Shown piece after piece: positions 22,783 to 37,140 of a DNA stretch of 64,000 nucleotides. The notes below the pieces were generated by a model. That model was given only the letters and a program-made list of their open reading frames with translations. It was not told the DNA's origin and did no database searches. Position 1 is the first letter of the stretch. Each line of letters begins with the position of its first letter. The stretch comes from Moniliella sp. 'wahieum' (taxonomy: Eukaryota): positions 1 to 64,000 of the forward strand of contig RSEE01000167.1 of NCBI GenBank assembly GCA_003971905.1, written 5' to 3'. Made by a program: the position numbers and the translations under genes.

Positions 22783-25740
22783 CAGCAGCACAGCAGCAGC
22801 AGCAGCAGCATCCCCCGCCACCCCCAGCCCTCCCCGCCACAAGCAACGACCCTCCCCAACACCAGTCGCGTCCCCCACTTTCTTTTCGCCGCCACAACCG
22901 GATCCGCATCAGACCGATCCAACAACCTCCCGTACTCGTCCGCGCGCCCCTCGCTGACAAGGGCGCCGCTACCAAGAACACCGACGTCTGGCCCGATGAC
23001 GTTGAAGTTGCATTTTGGGAAGGTGAGTGGCGCTGCCTGATGGAGCTTCTCGCATCAATCGCCAATTCCCTCTTTCGTTCTGGGTGGCTGACCACGGAGA
23101 TTATGCATCCTCCCCCTCTCTGCCGTGATCACAGCGCTTCGCTTTATCCCCAAGCTCGGGCGACGCAAAGTATGGTCCATGGCAAGGCGTGTGGCCGGAA
23201 CGAACTGATTGCGGACTACATCCATCGCAAGACGGGCAAACAGCGCTCGCGCAAGCAAGTGTCCAGCCACATTCAAGTCCTGAAAAATGTCCGCAAGGAC
23301 GATGCCGAGTTTTCTTCACCTCATAGCCGAGCCACGTTGTGAAGACGACTTTTACGTGCCTGCAGGTGGGATGATGTACGCCCTTTGCTCGCCAGCTCTG
23401 GCTACGGTGGCCTAAGTGGTCCCTATGGTGTGCCTGGATGGGAGATGGCGGCCGAAACGGTTGTCGAGGGCAACATCAATCGTCTTACCGACCCTACGCT
23501 TACCGCTCCTCCCCCGGCGGACAACATGCCGTCCGTGCTGCCATCCAGCTTTTCAATGTGGGCGCACTGCAGCGACAGTGAAGAGCGGCATGTGTACGTG
23601 ACGATGGATACTGCACTGCACCCTGTACCAGTGTAATTGACGGAGCAAAGCTATCGATACGGTACATTTGGGCCAAGTACGATTCCCCCACTTGTTCCGC
23701 ATGTTTGATCAAATTCCCTGCCCGTTTTTCACATTTATGCCCCACTTCGCGTTCCCCACGCCGACGTCTTTCTTTCCCGACTTTGACCAGTTTAGCACCC
23801 TCACCCTCACCAGCTGCGATGCCCACCGCCTCACCTCAGTCCACCGTCTTCTCGCACGGAAAAACGCATCCTGTCCCCATTGAGCCCCTGGATGCGCCCC
23901 AAGTCGCGGCTGCCTCCCCCAGACAACGGAGGACGTGACGACCAATGCAGCGCCTCGCTACTCGTATATGCACTACGCTCCCTTTGCCACGGACTTTTGG
24001 GCAGACTTGCTGAGTCGCAGTCATCCATCCACTTTCCCAAGACGAACGATTCCCCAACGTTTGGCAAGGAGCCGAGCGAACGCGCGGCGCTGGCCATGGC
24101 CGTCGCAGGCATCTCGCTCATCCAAGAATTTGTCGTGACCGACGAAACCATTCCTGCCCAGTCGTACAAGGGGGGCGAAGGCGACGACGAACTTCTGTCC
24201 CCCGGACAACAAGTGGGCGAAGTGCACCTGGTTTATCGTGGGATTGGAGTGCGTGGAACCCACGTCGCCTCCTGCGTCGTGCGCACCAGCCAAGCCGCGC
24301 ATCTCACTTCTCACTTCGGCCGCGCGCGGCGTGCCAGCGAGCCGGACCGGTCCCGCCACCCAACGGAGCAGATGACCAGCGCGTTGCCTCTCGGCCCGCG
24401 TAGGGTGACCTATCCGCACCCCACCGTCGTGCCCCCTCCTCTCTTTGCTCCCTTCTTCCGCAGCGCAAGAACAGGCACAGCTGCCGCTGCGTCTTCGCGC
24501 TCTTCTTCTTCCCAACGCACTGATGCTCAACTTGCCCATGTCCAACTTGCCCAGTTTGCCCAGTATGCCCAGTTTGCCTAGTCTGCCCAGCCTGGCCACC
24601 TTGGACGGCCACACCACACTGCACATGCCAGCTTCGTCCAGTGCACCGGACCGCCTTCCCCTGCCTGCTGTCAACGTTACTGGCGACGTTGACGGTCTGG
24701 GCCAGGGCCAAGACACCCGCCCACTGCGCATGGGCTCTCGGTACCGCAGCCGGGCATAACAACTTGGTTCCCCCAGTGTCGGATGCGACGCTGCGGGTCC
24801 GTCGCACCCTCCATTTGCAAGCCATGCCCACGCTGCTGCGCAAGCGTACCTTGTCCAATGCGACGCGTGAGTACCCACCGCCAAACCTACCCCGCCCGTC
24901 TGTCCATTCTGCCGCGTTCGATGGAGCCCATGGGTGCGGGGAAGGAGGACGGCAGGGCATGGGCATGGGCATGGGGACGAGTATGGATACGAGTATGGGC
25001 GCGGGCGCGGGGATGGGGACGGGGATGGGTGCGGGCATGGGGATTGGGATGGACATGGACATGGGTACGACAAGTGGGACATGGCATGGCTCTTGGCACA
25101 CCGCAATCGTCAGCCTGAGTTGGCCTGGGTCAGCAGGCACGGGAACGGGGACCTACCCCGACAGCAGCGTACCGAAGGAATCTGGTCCTTTCGTTCCGAG
25201 CCGGCTATTCCGTCGCCGCTCGATGCCAGTTGCCCACTACGCCCATTCCCGTCCTGCACACCCGCGTGACGAGACCAATCCGCCGCTGCGTCTGTCGCGC
25301 GCCATGTCGGACTACCACTCGGGCCGAACCACGGCTACCAAGGCTACCACGGCCAGCAAGGCCACCACAGCCACCAAACCCACCAAGCTCACCACTGCGC
25401 GTCTTCTTCGCCCTTCTCTGCCACGCCGTTGGGGTCGCCTTCGATGCTGGACGGCCGACCGCCTCCTGCGGATCCCGGCACGGCAGTACGCCTACCGCCA
25501 GCGACGGCGGCTATGCCCACCAGTCAGCCCAGTTCTACCCTCACGGACAGCTTGCGCAACTTTAGTTTCCACTCGACGCCGATGCCGACCGTCGCGTTAC
25601 CCGACGAAGCACCCATGGCGATCCGAAGAGCGTCGATCCTGACCCACTCCCCGGTTCCCATGCCCGCAGGTGCAGAGAGGCCCCAAGGTGAACAGGAGAC
25701 CGAGGAGTTGTCGTATCATCGTCGCACCCGACCGTTCCAA
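22654..25740 (+). CDS. TEA/ATTS-domain transcription factor (Tec1/AbaA-like)
   Basis: [13 protein letters not shown], intron 23023-23134 (GTGAGT...CAG), then [11 protein letters not shown]...[35 protein letters not shown]. Poly-Q/S N-terminus. C-terminal end uncertain. Confidence 0.9.
22744..22809 (+). repeat. (CAG)n tract within the TEA gene
   Basis: Interrupted CAG run of about 20 units. Confidence 0.9.
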
Positions 25741-25857
25741 CCGTTCCAACCGTTCCAACCGTTCCAACCGTTCCAACCGTTCCAACCGTTCCAACCGTTC
25801 CAACCGTTCCAACCGTTCCAACCGGTTCGACCGGCTCGACCGGCTCGACCGTTCCCG
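25732..25857 (+). repeat. 9-bp minisatellite (CCGTTCCAA)x10 followed by diverged CCGG(T/C)TCGA units
   Basis: Ten perfect copies at 25732-25821, then 3-4 variant units. Confidence 0.95.
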
Positions 25858-28779
25858 TTGTTTCTCTTCCTTTGCCCACTCTCCTTCGCCCATCACCGAC
25901 CTGTTTGCTCCGGTCTACCCTCACCTTTGGGCCGGGCCATAATCACCGAGCGAAAAGTATCTCATTACCTCGATCCTGTCGTTTTGATTCCCGTCACCTT
26001 CTTCATTTTCCACCTTCATTTTCCTCCTTCTTCCTCCTGCTTCCTGCCTCGTGCCCATTTCCTCTTTACTAATTACTGATTTCCGGTACACCGGGGAAGG
26101 AGCTGAGCTTGTCTCCCTTGCCTGCCCAACTTAGTCAAGAGTTGGCTCGAACTTTTGGCATTGTTGCTGGCCACTTTCCGCACCCTTGCTCCCCTTTTTT
26201 TGATTTTTTTACCCCCCCACCCCACCCCCTTCCTGTGGTTGAGCCTCTAAGGCCCCTGCTCGAGTCTTGAACGTCGTTGTGTTACCTACCCCCTGCAACG
26301 TCTCTCCTATTTTTCTCTTTCTCTTCCTTTCCTCTTATACTTTCACACTCCTTAATTGTCCTGTGCTACCTGTTCGGCCCTGATTTGCCTTGATTGATTC
26401 TGTCCTGTCCTCTGTTTTGTTCTGTTCTGTTCTGCGTCGGTAACAAGCTCTGCTGCGTTTTGGTGTATAGAGCGCGTATGCGGTCGTGTGGGGTTTTGCG
26501 AGAAGGGCGAGAGAGGGTTCTTCGCCTCGAGGGCCCTGTTCCTTGCTGCCCTGAGGGTAGCGGAGAGTTGCCGAGTTGATCGTTTGCCTATATCGTTTCT
26601 GCTTTTTTTCTTTGCGTTTGGGTCTATTCGATTTGGCCTGGATTGTCCTTGGCCCAGATTTGATCGTATAACCCCCCTAGGACGGTTCCTTTCGTCTTTT
26701 AGTTCTTTCGTTTTTTCATTCGTTTTTCGATGCGTTTCTTTCTTTCTTTCGGTTTGCTTCAATCAACAGTCGTCTCCATCACTTGGGATGAACCTCCTTT
26801 TTTCTCAATATCCATCCCACCTATTTTGTCCGGTTCTTTGCTTTTACCACAGCAACTGATACACGATCGACCAACGCGAATTGGGCTGGTTCAGTGTCCG
26901 AACGGCTAGTACAACAATCCGACCCAACCGTAGCTGTCTCTGTCTGCATTGCTCTCGCTTCAGGCCTGAGCTCAGGCATCAGGCCTCAGGCCTCACCCGA
27001 GCCCATTTGATGGGGGAGATCACCACAGACTGTCGAGATGCGCACGTTGTGTACGACTCGGCTCCCCCGATCGCCTTCGGTTCCCCGTTGGGCCGAGAGG
27101 AGGGTGTGGTAGGATATAGCACTTCGTGGTGGTAATGGAGCTTTGGCGCGGGAACTTGTCAGGCCCTAGTAAGTTGGGATTGGCCGAATGGTGAACCAGT
27201 GAACGTGGTGAACGTTCGTTCACGTTCAAAACGTTGATCATCTCAACGTTCATCGTTCAACCTTGAAGCTTGAAGCTTGAAGCTTAACCACCAATCTGAG
27301 AACTTAGTCGAACTTGGAACATACATCGGAGAAGCAGATCTGGACCCTAGTAGGGGGGCTACCCCCGCCTACGCCCGTATGCGTCGGGGAAATACAAGGG
27401 ACCAGTCTTCCCCATTGTTTCAGGCGGGCATGCCGAGTGGGTTCTTTGAACGGATTGAACGGATGGGGTCGATGATGTCGATGTCGATGAAGGTGCACCA
27501 TCCTCGATGGAAGGAAGGAATGCTAACAGCGTTCAAATTCTTCCACCAAAGCTTTAACGGCGATCGCTGAGCACTGAACGTGAACAACCTCAGCGCTGAA
27601 CAAAGTCCTAAGTTGTCCGTTGAACCAATTCTCAACGTTCAACGTTCTGCACACTCTCATCAACAACTGTATCGTACGTATACGATGTACTAGACCAACT
27701 GTTGCCAAGTCTGTAACGAACACTCCCATCAACGTCAACGCCAGTGTCATCAACAAAAGACGAAGCCAGAACAGCATTGGAGTGAGCTAGTGAGGCCTAA
27801 GGCCTGAGGATCTGAGGGTCTCAGACTTGAGGGCGAGGCAAGCATAGGACGTTGTTGGACGGTGTGGCGGTGCTCACAGGATGGGCCGCGAGTTTTCTCA
27901 TGATGAGTGCATTCGTTCTCGGTACACCATGTGTCCGTACTCTACTCGTACCACCCAGTACGTTCAGTCCCAGTAGAGAAGATGCCTTTGCGACGAATAG
28001 CGACGGGACTCCATGAACATATATGCGGGCTACGATCATTATCGATCCCACTGATCATTCGATCATTCGAGCACATTCGATCACTCCATCAGGAGAATAG
28101 GTAAAACGAACCAGGTCCCCATCCATCTCTCCCGCCGGGGACGGCTCCATATCGCGCATCCGCGAATCTCACGATCGCGCTCTCCTGCCTCTTCGCACGG
28201 GAGGTGGTGTGCATATATCATGTATGTGTGTGTGTGAACTAAGAACGACAACGCGGCCCCACCAACTGCGAAGGAAACGAAACAGCATAACATGGCCAGT
28301 GTCAACCGACCACGACCCGCTACTGCTTAGATTGAAGCTTGAAGCTTGAAGCTTGGATCCAAAGAAGCGGTCGATCAGGCGCGCGCTTCCCAGGTGTCTG
28401 CCCTACCAACATTCCATCTTCACATTACCAGACCGGTCTGCAGTGGGGGCGAACTATCCAGCACCTCATTCTTGACTCTTGTCCTTGGACATTCTGTACG
28501 CCCGTTGGGCGGCCATCGACCACATCCCAAAGGTAGCTGGCCGACGCTGCGGGCGCGATCCTGTACCGGGGAACCATTCCTTTCGATACGAGGCAGTTGG
28601 AGTCGGGGAGTGGGGATAACTCGGACAACATGGACATGTCGTGGAGGCGGGTCGGAAGGCGACCACCGGAAAAGGCGCCGGGGGTGGGGGCGGGTGTCAT
28701 AGGCGATCCCAGCTCCGGCGAGGGGGGTGGGAGGCCGTCAGAGCGGCTGGGATGGGGTTCGGCTTTACGGAACATACCA

Positions 28780-28960
28780 AGGCCTGTGGCGTCAAGATAA
28801 CTGTGGTGGGGTGTGGAAGAAGTCTCTCTCGTCATCATGGGGGAGGCGAGCAAGGCAAGGGAGGAGATGATGTGGATGCAATCCGGGGAAGGCAGCCCGG
28901 AGGCGCAACAGGAAGGGTCGGGCAGAGGCGGAACGGGCCGCCTCGCACAAGCGCTCGCTC
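28780..28960 (-). pseudogene. Degenerate F-box-like gene relic, paralogue B
   Basis: ERLCEAARSASARPFLLRLRAAFPGLHPHHLLPCLARLPHD then, after a frameshift, SYLDATGLG. Homologous to 20491-20608. Confidence 0.35.
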
Positions 28961-30254
28961 CTATCCGACACGGCCGGGGGGGGGGGGGCAGAGGCGTTGT
29001 TGGATACTACAGCGGGTTTTGGCAGGGGGTGGTCAGTACGGTGACCGTAGGTTGAGCTGAAGATGGGGAGATGTTGTGACATACATGGGATGCCGTACGC
29101 GGGGCGAGACGACGGGGTGGCGCAAGCTGAGCAATTAATCAACCTGGCGGGAGAAAACCCACCCAGCTGGGGTGTCAATTCAAATACTTCTCGTGGCTCT
29201 CGCCCGCGGCGGTTGGATGGTGCTGGGCATGTGATTCGGTCAGGGGATCAAGAAGTGCTTGCGCTGCTTGTCCAACGAAAACGGATGGGGGTTACCAATT
29301 CATGGCTTCATGCCAGTGTGACCTCTTTCGATGGGGCCTTGATCCGGGGGCTTGGATGATGGTTTGTACCTGTCACATGGTCACAGCCGGGGCTAAGGTC
29401 TGCCGGACGAAACGTGACGTTGAGGTGGTGAGGGGAGTGTGCTTGCTTGAAGGGGCAAGAAGAGGAGGCTGGAAGGACAGACGGCGGGGTTAGGCGGTCG
29501 GGCGGTGGGCTGAGCGCTGAGGCCGAGTCGTGCGGTGTCAGCGTGAGAAGGTGGGGTGCATAAGGACCGAGATAAGCGCTCCCAGGCATCGATCCTCGAG
29601 AACACCGCACGGGGTGGCTGTGGCCAGTCGCAGGATCATCGATCGCCAGGCATCACCCATCGCTAATCGATCGCGATTAGTCGTCGATTAATCATAATCA
29701 GGGCGTGTTGCTAATCAGCTGCGGCCACGCAATCGTCAGTGCATGCATGCATCGCACAAGCCTAATCGTTATCGCCACTTATCAGTGCTCGCCTGCATGC
29801 ATCATGCATCATGCATCCCCCGGCGCCCGGCTGATGCGTGGCGCGCGTGTGAGGCTCTGCGCCAGCCACCGGTTAGCAGCCCGCCACCCACACTCGCCCC
29901 GTGCGGCCCACGCGCAGCGGAAGGAGGCAGCGGCTGCTAGGGTTGGGCCTTGGCAGCGCTGCTCGCTCGCGGCTCGCAGCTAGCAGCTGTCCGCTGTGGG
30001 TGCGCTGTCTCTGACGCGGCTGCAGGGCGCCCGTGTCAAGGTGCAGCACACTCGCCGCGTGCCCCCAGCGCACGCCGTCCCTGGCGGGCACAGCGCCAGC
30101 CGTGCGGTTCATGCATGCTCGCTCACGCGTCCGATCTCAGACCTCATGCATCCGCGCGGCGTGCTGCTGGCTGCTGCTGCGGCCTCGGCCTCGGCCCATC
30201 GTCGGTCGAATACGACCGCCTCCACCCCCATCTCTCCAGCCCATCCCCGCCGAC

Positions 30255-33200
30255 ATGCTCTCCATGTCGTCGCCCCCGCTCCCCGTGCGGGCGCACGACG
30301 ACCGCTCCCGCCTCCGCCTCTCGCCAGCCCCGCCGTCCCCGCCCGCCTCCCCGCGCCCGCCCTAGCCCCCGCCGCCGCCGCCGCCCCCCAACCCCCATCC
30401 CCATCCCCCCGCCCGTCCCACCACCGCCCCCACCGCCCCCACCCCCCTCCCACCCCGCCCCGCGTGTCTTCACCCGCCCCGCGCGCTCCGCCCTGCGCCG
30501 CCCATCGACGGTGTGTATAACCCCCCTGCGCTCGCTCTTAGCTGCTAATCCGTCTTCTGTCGCGCCACAGCAACAACCTCCTCCGCACAGCCCCCACCCC
30601 GCCCTTAGCGCCCCCCGGCTCCTCCCCTCCACTGCCCCCCTGCCTGCGCACACACCGCTCGTGCGCAGCACCTCGGCCCAGACCCCGTGCTTGCCCGACC
30701 CCCCCACCCCTTTGTGCTCTCCTCGCCCCCCTCGCCCCTCGCCCTCGCCCCCTACTCCTCCCCCCCCCCCCCGCTTTCCCTTCCGCGCCGTATCCTCCTC
30801 CTTCGCATCCCCCGTCCCATCCTTCCGCCGCCGCACCCCCACCACCACCGCTCCATGCGTCCCACCACATCTCCTTCCTCAGCGACACGTCCGCCCCGCG
30901 CTTCTCTTCCCAGACCTTCCCCACTCCTCCCGCCAGGCACGCTGGACGCGTGCTCATCTGCCTCGCCCCGACGAACCGCCTCGGCCGTCGGCGTGCCCTC
31001 CTCCATCCTCCGCGCCCGTGCGCTCAAACGCCGAGGATCCGCCCAGCGGAGACGACCTGTCCTTGTCCTTGTCCCGGCAGACGTCGGGGCCGAATCGCTC
31101 CGGGCAGTAAGCTCGCCCGGTGGGATGAGCTCCTTGGACACGAGCCACCACCACCCGTCCCGCTCGCGGGGGGGTCCCTTTCGCGCTTTTCCGCCGCCGG
31201 CAAACCCAGTCCTCCCTCCCGTCTGCAGCCCCGAGCGACGAGGACGAACCGCCAGCCGGAATGGACGGCACACATCAAGAAGATGCCGCAGCGACGTACG
31301 ACACGTCGGGACGATTTGACTTGCCTGCCATGGGCACCTCCTATCCCGGCACCATCGCCAGTACGTCGCCCACCACGGCCCAGCTCGACTTGACGCCGTA
31401 CGAGGAGGCCCAGGCGCCCCATTTCGGCTTGAACATGGAAAATGTGCAATCGCGGCGGCTTCCGGATAAGCCATCGGTGGAGACGACTGATTTTGTCTAC
31501 ACGTCCCTTCCGCCGTTTAAGTTGCCTGGCAGCGGCACCCTGCAGCCCATCCCCAACGAGTCGCCCACTCGCTTTTTCCAGCGGCCGTGGTCAACGCCGC
31601 GCCAGGGACATTATTTCGCGTCTCGCTTCCTATGCCGATCCGTTTTATCTTGCTGCCCTTCGCGCTGGCATGGAGCGGTATGACTATGCCGGCGACCCCA
31701 TCGACATGGCGATGCGCAAGTTTTTGCTCAACGTTTCGCTGCCGTCGGAAGCTCAACAGATCGATCGCGTGTTGGAGGCGTTTGCCGTTCGCTATACTTT
31801 CTGCAACGCTGACATCTTTACGGACCCAGGTACGCTGCCCTCCCTTTCCGACCTTTTTGTTTCTAACCCAGAACCGAACCCAGACCGCAATTCCCAGACC
31901 CGTCATCTGACCCGTACTGTCCGTTTTCCCAGACTCGCTCTACATCCTCGCCACGTCCATCATGCTGCTCCACACGGACCATTTCAACAAGAACCTCAAG
32001 TCCAAGATGAGCAAGGCGGACTATGTCAAGAACACGTCGGCGTGATGCCGTTGATGCAGGCCGGTGTGATGCTAGAGTATGTGTACGACAATGTGACCTG
32101 CGCACCGTTTGTCTATCCCGACCAGGCCAAGGACAAGAAACGGGTCAAGGGCAAGCTCAATCCGTACGCGCTGCTTTCGCACAACCGCTACCGTGACTTG
32201 GCCTCGGACTTTGCTCGACTGTTTACGCTGGAGCCCACGTTGGCCGTCGATCACGACTATACGACATTGGATGCAGCCAAGCTACTACGGCACTTTTGTG
32301 AGTCGCCCACCATCCGCACGGCGAGCTACATGGCCTCTCCCATCGCCATGGCATCGCCCTCTGCGCTGGCCGTGTACACCTCGGGCCAAATCCCCCAGAC
32401 CGAGGTGATCAATACGGTGCGGGTCACTAAGCTCGACCTGCTCCAAGGGCGAGAAGAGTCCGATTCCATCTCGGTGCGCAAACCAGTCGCGTCCAACTGG
32501 TCTTCCTCTAGTTCGCGCACGCGACGCTGGGGCTTGTTGTTGACCAGCAGCCAGTTGGCCATCTTTAAAGACGCGTCGTATGGGGACATGTTACTGCGGC
32601 ACCTGGCCAAGTGCGCGCAGGACCCCCAAAAAGCCGACGAGGTGTTGCCCAACTTTGCGCCCGACTGTCTCTTGCACCTGTACGACGCAGTGGCATTTTG
32701 CGACAGCGAGACGGACCGCGTGCCCAACGCGTTCAAGGTCCGCGCCGACAACCCCAACACGGGTGTCCAGCGGCTCTTTTTCTTTCAACCTTCTTCCGCT
32801 GCCGAGCGGACAGACTGGATGGCGAAAATCAACTTTGCCGCGACCATGCGCTGGGCCGGGGTGAAAAAGGTGGATGGCGTGTCGAAGGGGGAACTGATCG
32901 CGTTGGCGCGCATGCGCCGCGGCTCGGCCGCCACCGCTCTGTCTTTGACTGGCAGTGGCGCCGGTTCTGGTCCCGCACAGGAGCGAGTGTGGCGCACCGT
33001 AACAGTGCGGTGACGACGAGCAGTGGGGGCAGCAAGGCGTCGCAACACCGGCCCAGTTCGTCCTCGGTCCGACGGGCGAGTTTTCTCAACGACGTGGGGA
33101 GCGAGACGGTGGGCCAGCGCGAGTCGATGCGCGAGTCGCGCCTGGCCGAGCTGGAGGCCAAGTTTGAAGCCAGGCTGCGGTGGGCGAACGGAGTGATCGA

Positions 33201-34003
33201 AGCGGGCCAGGAAACGATGGAGATGACCCAGCGCACCGCACGACACTTTAGTATTCTCACTCCGCTGCAGAAGAGCACGCGCGACCGTCTGATGCTGAGC
33301 GCTGTGCACTGGGCCAACCACCTGAACCAGCTCTACCTCACCACCTTCAAAGCGCACATCCGTCGTGCCATCTTGCTCTGTCCCCTCGATGCGCCCACTG
33401 CGCCCACCCCGCCCCACTCCCCCGTCCCGCCGCTCCTCCACCGCCCACAGGACCACTTCCCACCCGTTCGGTCCTCTCCGCCAGGCGAGTACAGCTTACC
33501 TGCGCTCCAGCGCCAGCTCAACGCGTTCCGCTTCACCCCGCTCTCCTCCGACCCCGCCCTGCCCCCCTCGGACCACCGCCGTCTCTCTCAGCCACAACAG
33601 CAGCACCATCCGCCTCAGCACCAGCACCAGCAACCGCACCCGCAACACCGCCGATCGCACCCGCGCATCTCCCTTGGCGAGCCCTACGGAGCATGGCCGG
33701 CACCCGCCGACTCGCTCTGCCTCGACCGGCACCCCCCTCATTCGGTTACGCTCGCTGGCGTCCCGCCCAGCCTGGGCACAGCGATGCACCCGCGCTGGCC
33801 TGGCCAGCTGCCTCGCCTTTCCTGCCGGGACCAGGGTCGGGACCAGGGTCGGGACTGGGTGTGGAGGCGCTGACACCCTCCCCTCCCATGCCCGAACCCC
33901 TTAGCCCTTGACCAGGACCCGCGCGACCTACGCGACCAGCAAGAACGCGACCACGGGAGCAAAGCGAGGGCGACCCGCAGCCTGCCTACTCCTACCTGCT
34001 TGA
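30255..34003 (+). CDS. Sec7 + PH domain Arf guanine-nucleotide exchange factor (Syt1-like)
   Basis: YDYAGDPIDMAMRKFLLNVSLPSEAQQIDRVLEAFAVRY, intron 31830-31932, then LYILATSIMLLHTDHFNKNLKSKMSKADYVKN. PH-like RRWGLLLTSSQLAIFKD...FFFQPSSAAERTDWMAKINFAA. Ends approximate. Confidence 0.88.
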
Positions 34004-35269
34004 GAGGATGCGGGACCAACACGCGGAGCAGGACCACGTACACGAACATCGCGTGGGTGGGCGCACGCGTACCCCCCCCCCCCCCCGTTCGGGGTGCCGG
34101 GCGCCGGCGTCTTGCTCCGTCTGTCTGGGGGGGTGTCTTTTGTATTTGTACAGCCTCTTGCTCTGGTGTTGGAGAATCAACTTGCCCCCCCCCGACCATT
34201 TTGCCTTTACCCTTTCCCCTTTCCCCTTTCCCCTTTCCCCTTTTCCTTTCCCTTTGCCTTTCCCTTTTCCCTTTCCCATGTGGATCCACGGCCTTTCCCC
34301 ATCACATATTCATACCTCCCATGTACCCCACCCTTCCCCCCCCACCCTCCACACCTCCAACTTGTTCGCCCGCTTTCATCTGCATCGCACCCGCCGCTTG
34401 GCACCGATATCTATTCTCGAATCTCCTTTCGTTGCATTGTGCTTGTTTGGGCGCTGAGGCAGTGCCTCTCGTAGCTCCCAATCTACGGTTCCAACGTGCC
34501 CAACCACAGTGGGTGGTGTACCCGGGCGGTACGTGGCACGGGCTGGACAGTGCATGTGAACGATCGTACGAAGGGAGGCAGAAGACAAGGCAGAAGCGTG
34601 GTAGGGCTCCAGGGCTCCAGGGTTAAATACAAAGTGCTTGTACGTCGTAGTAGTACAGTGCGGAGCTACTAGCCTTCAGGACAAGAACGTACGCTTCCGT
34701 TGCTCAAAATGGTTGTTTGCGGATGAAGATGACCCCAAAACTAACAGCTTCAGTCCCACCGTGCAACGATGACTAGATGACTACCGACTTGGACGATTCC
34801 TAGGACCCGGCGTGTATCTGGCTATAGTACTCCTATTCCTCGTCCTACTACCACTACTACTATTATTACTGCTGTGTCGGTCCCTCCACTTGTTCCACGC
34901 CCAATCACAGTCAAGTCACAACCAAATCCCAATCCCAATTCCAATCCGACGCTGCCGCACTGGCACGGCTGTAGAGCGTCGAAACCAGCGCCGGTCTTCT
35001 TGTCTCCACCCCCGGGCCGCGAGCGATCCATACCGGACCGTACGGGCCCAGGTGCCGGCGAAGACAAGCGTGCACGTTACACTGGTACATAAGGGTACAC
35101 GGTAGGAGGGTAGGAAGGGTACGAGGGTAGGAGGGCACGAGGGTATGGATATCGAGATGGATCGGGAGACAGGGAGGGAGATACGATGAAGGAACGAAAC
35201 AAGGGCACGGTGGACACGACATGCGGTAGTGCTGCTGGGCAAAGAACGGTGTGTGTGAAGACGGGGCAG

Positions 35270-37140
35270 GGCGGGGGGGGGGTGGTATGACCACGTTGCG
35301 GTAGATGGCCAACGCAAGCTTCACCAGGTGGGAGCCAAGAGCAAGAGCATGAGATAACCAAGAGCGGGGCAAAGGAGGAAGGAGACTCAGTACGCACCGG
35401 ACTCACTTGAGGCCTGCCCCACTGAAGCAAGTACAACCACAACCACAACCACAACCACAAGTACGTACGTCCACTTGGCTTACCCATACAGCGAATCGGC
35501 GCATTGGGCCAAAGTGAGCGAAACGTAGCCGAGCAAGCACCGCACGGGGTCTGGCGGTACAGGTCGAGAGGTAGGATAGAGCATGAGGTCGTCCGGGGCA
35601 TAGACGGACTGGGACCGAGCGCACCGCGGCACACGCGACGCGCTCCCCCCCCCCACGCATCGACCTCGTGCCCATCCCACCGCCACCACCCCTCCCTCGA
35701 CCGGAACCTATACGGGACCCTGCACCGGACCCGGGACCGGAAACCGAAGCCGAAGCCGAAGCCGAAGCCGAAGCCGAAGCTGAAGCTGAGCCGGAACCTG
35801 ATCCCGTCGATCCCAGCGAACTAACACTGGGCCGCTCACCACCTCGCGAATGTGGAGCCACGTACGCGCTCCCCTCCGTCCGACCGCGCATCACGCCCAC
35901 TTCCAACACTTGGCCTGCCGGACCGTATCCGCCCAAGAGCACCAACTGCGTCACGTCCCATGTACGACGCACGCCCTTAGCTGCCGCAGCTAGTACCCGG
36001 TCCCGCCTTCGGCTCGCCAAGCTCGTCCCCTCCGCCACGCGCGGCGTAAACCATAGCGTGCCGGGGCTCGGGGTGCGTGCCAGCGCCGTGCGGCTGTCCT
36101 CGGGCGCAAGGGGGGCGGAGGTGGTAATGGTTGAGGGGGAGGGTGGAGAGCCAGGTATAGGGGGAGGTACGGGGGTCAAGATGGTGGGTGGGACGGGAAC
36201 GCGGGAGGAGAGGGTGGTAGAACGAAGGTAGTGCTGCAACGCTTGGACCAGAAGTGGATCCCACGATAAGGCACACTCGCTCGGTTCGTGCAGCGGGAGG
36301 AACATGGTTGGTCTGGGACGTACGGCGGTGGGGCGCAGCTGGCCGTACCCCGGGCCGGGCACGGTGGAACAGGTACACGAGGCAGGCGAGCGAATGGTCT
36401 CGTTCCTCTCGTTGGTCGTGGTGGTCGCGCTCGTCGTATTGGTCGCGGTCGTGGTGTGAGTGGTGTGAGTGGTGTAAGTCTCGTTTGGCACGGTGGGAGG
36501 GGGAGGAGAGACCAGCAAAGTGCACCGAGACCAGTGCAGCCTCCCACCATACCGACCCGGCAGGCGCGTACCGGCTGCACACAGCTCGGTCCAGCGCAGC
36601 AGCAGTTGCGCCAGCGCTTGCACGCCCAAGGCAATTTTGGTTTCGCATGGCGTTGGCGCTGGATCAGGCGAGGGATAGGCAGCGCTTGCTCCTTGGCCTT
36701 GGTCTTGGTCTTGGTCTTGGTCTTGGTCTTTGGCTGGGGCGTCGACGTCGGTGTCGGCTTGGGTAGTGGTTCCCACGCCAAAGCGGTCGCCTAGGGAGGA
36801 CAAGGACCGAGAGGCGGTGGAGGAGCTCGCATCGGACAAGGGCTCGGACGGGGTCGGAGTGGGCGACGGCGGGAAAGCGGTGTTTGCTCTGTTTGGTAAG
36901 GGGGGAGTGGGAGGGGGATCCAAATGGGACTCCGAATGAGAGTCAGGATGGAGAGAGACGGGCTGGGGCGGAAGGAGGCGTTGTGGGATGGGCGCTGGGG
37001 GCTGGGGCTGGGACTGAGGGTGTGGTGGGCGGCGCGGGGCGGGCGAATGGGGGGGGAGGGGGGCGGTGGATGGGCTGGTGGGATGGGGGAGGTGTATTCG
37101 TCGGTGCTGATGGAAGGCCGGGCAGAGCGGAAGCGACCAT
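35270..37140 (-). CDS. Hypothetical protein with P/S/T-rich low-complexity linkers
   Basis: The long ORF 35403-37448 contains globular-looking blocks (IALGVQALAQLLLRWTELC, LSWDPLLVQALQHYL, RRRDRVLAAAAKGVRRTWDVTQLVLLG). There is a possible last exon (WLSHALALGSHLVKLALAIYRNV). No family recognised. Confidence 0.5.

Noticed and set aside
25732..25821. (CCGTTCCAA)x10 as an interstitial telomere
   Set aside because: It does not match CCCTAA and behaves like the many other microsatellites in the window.
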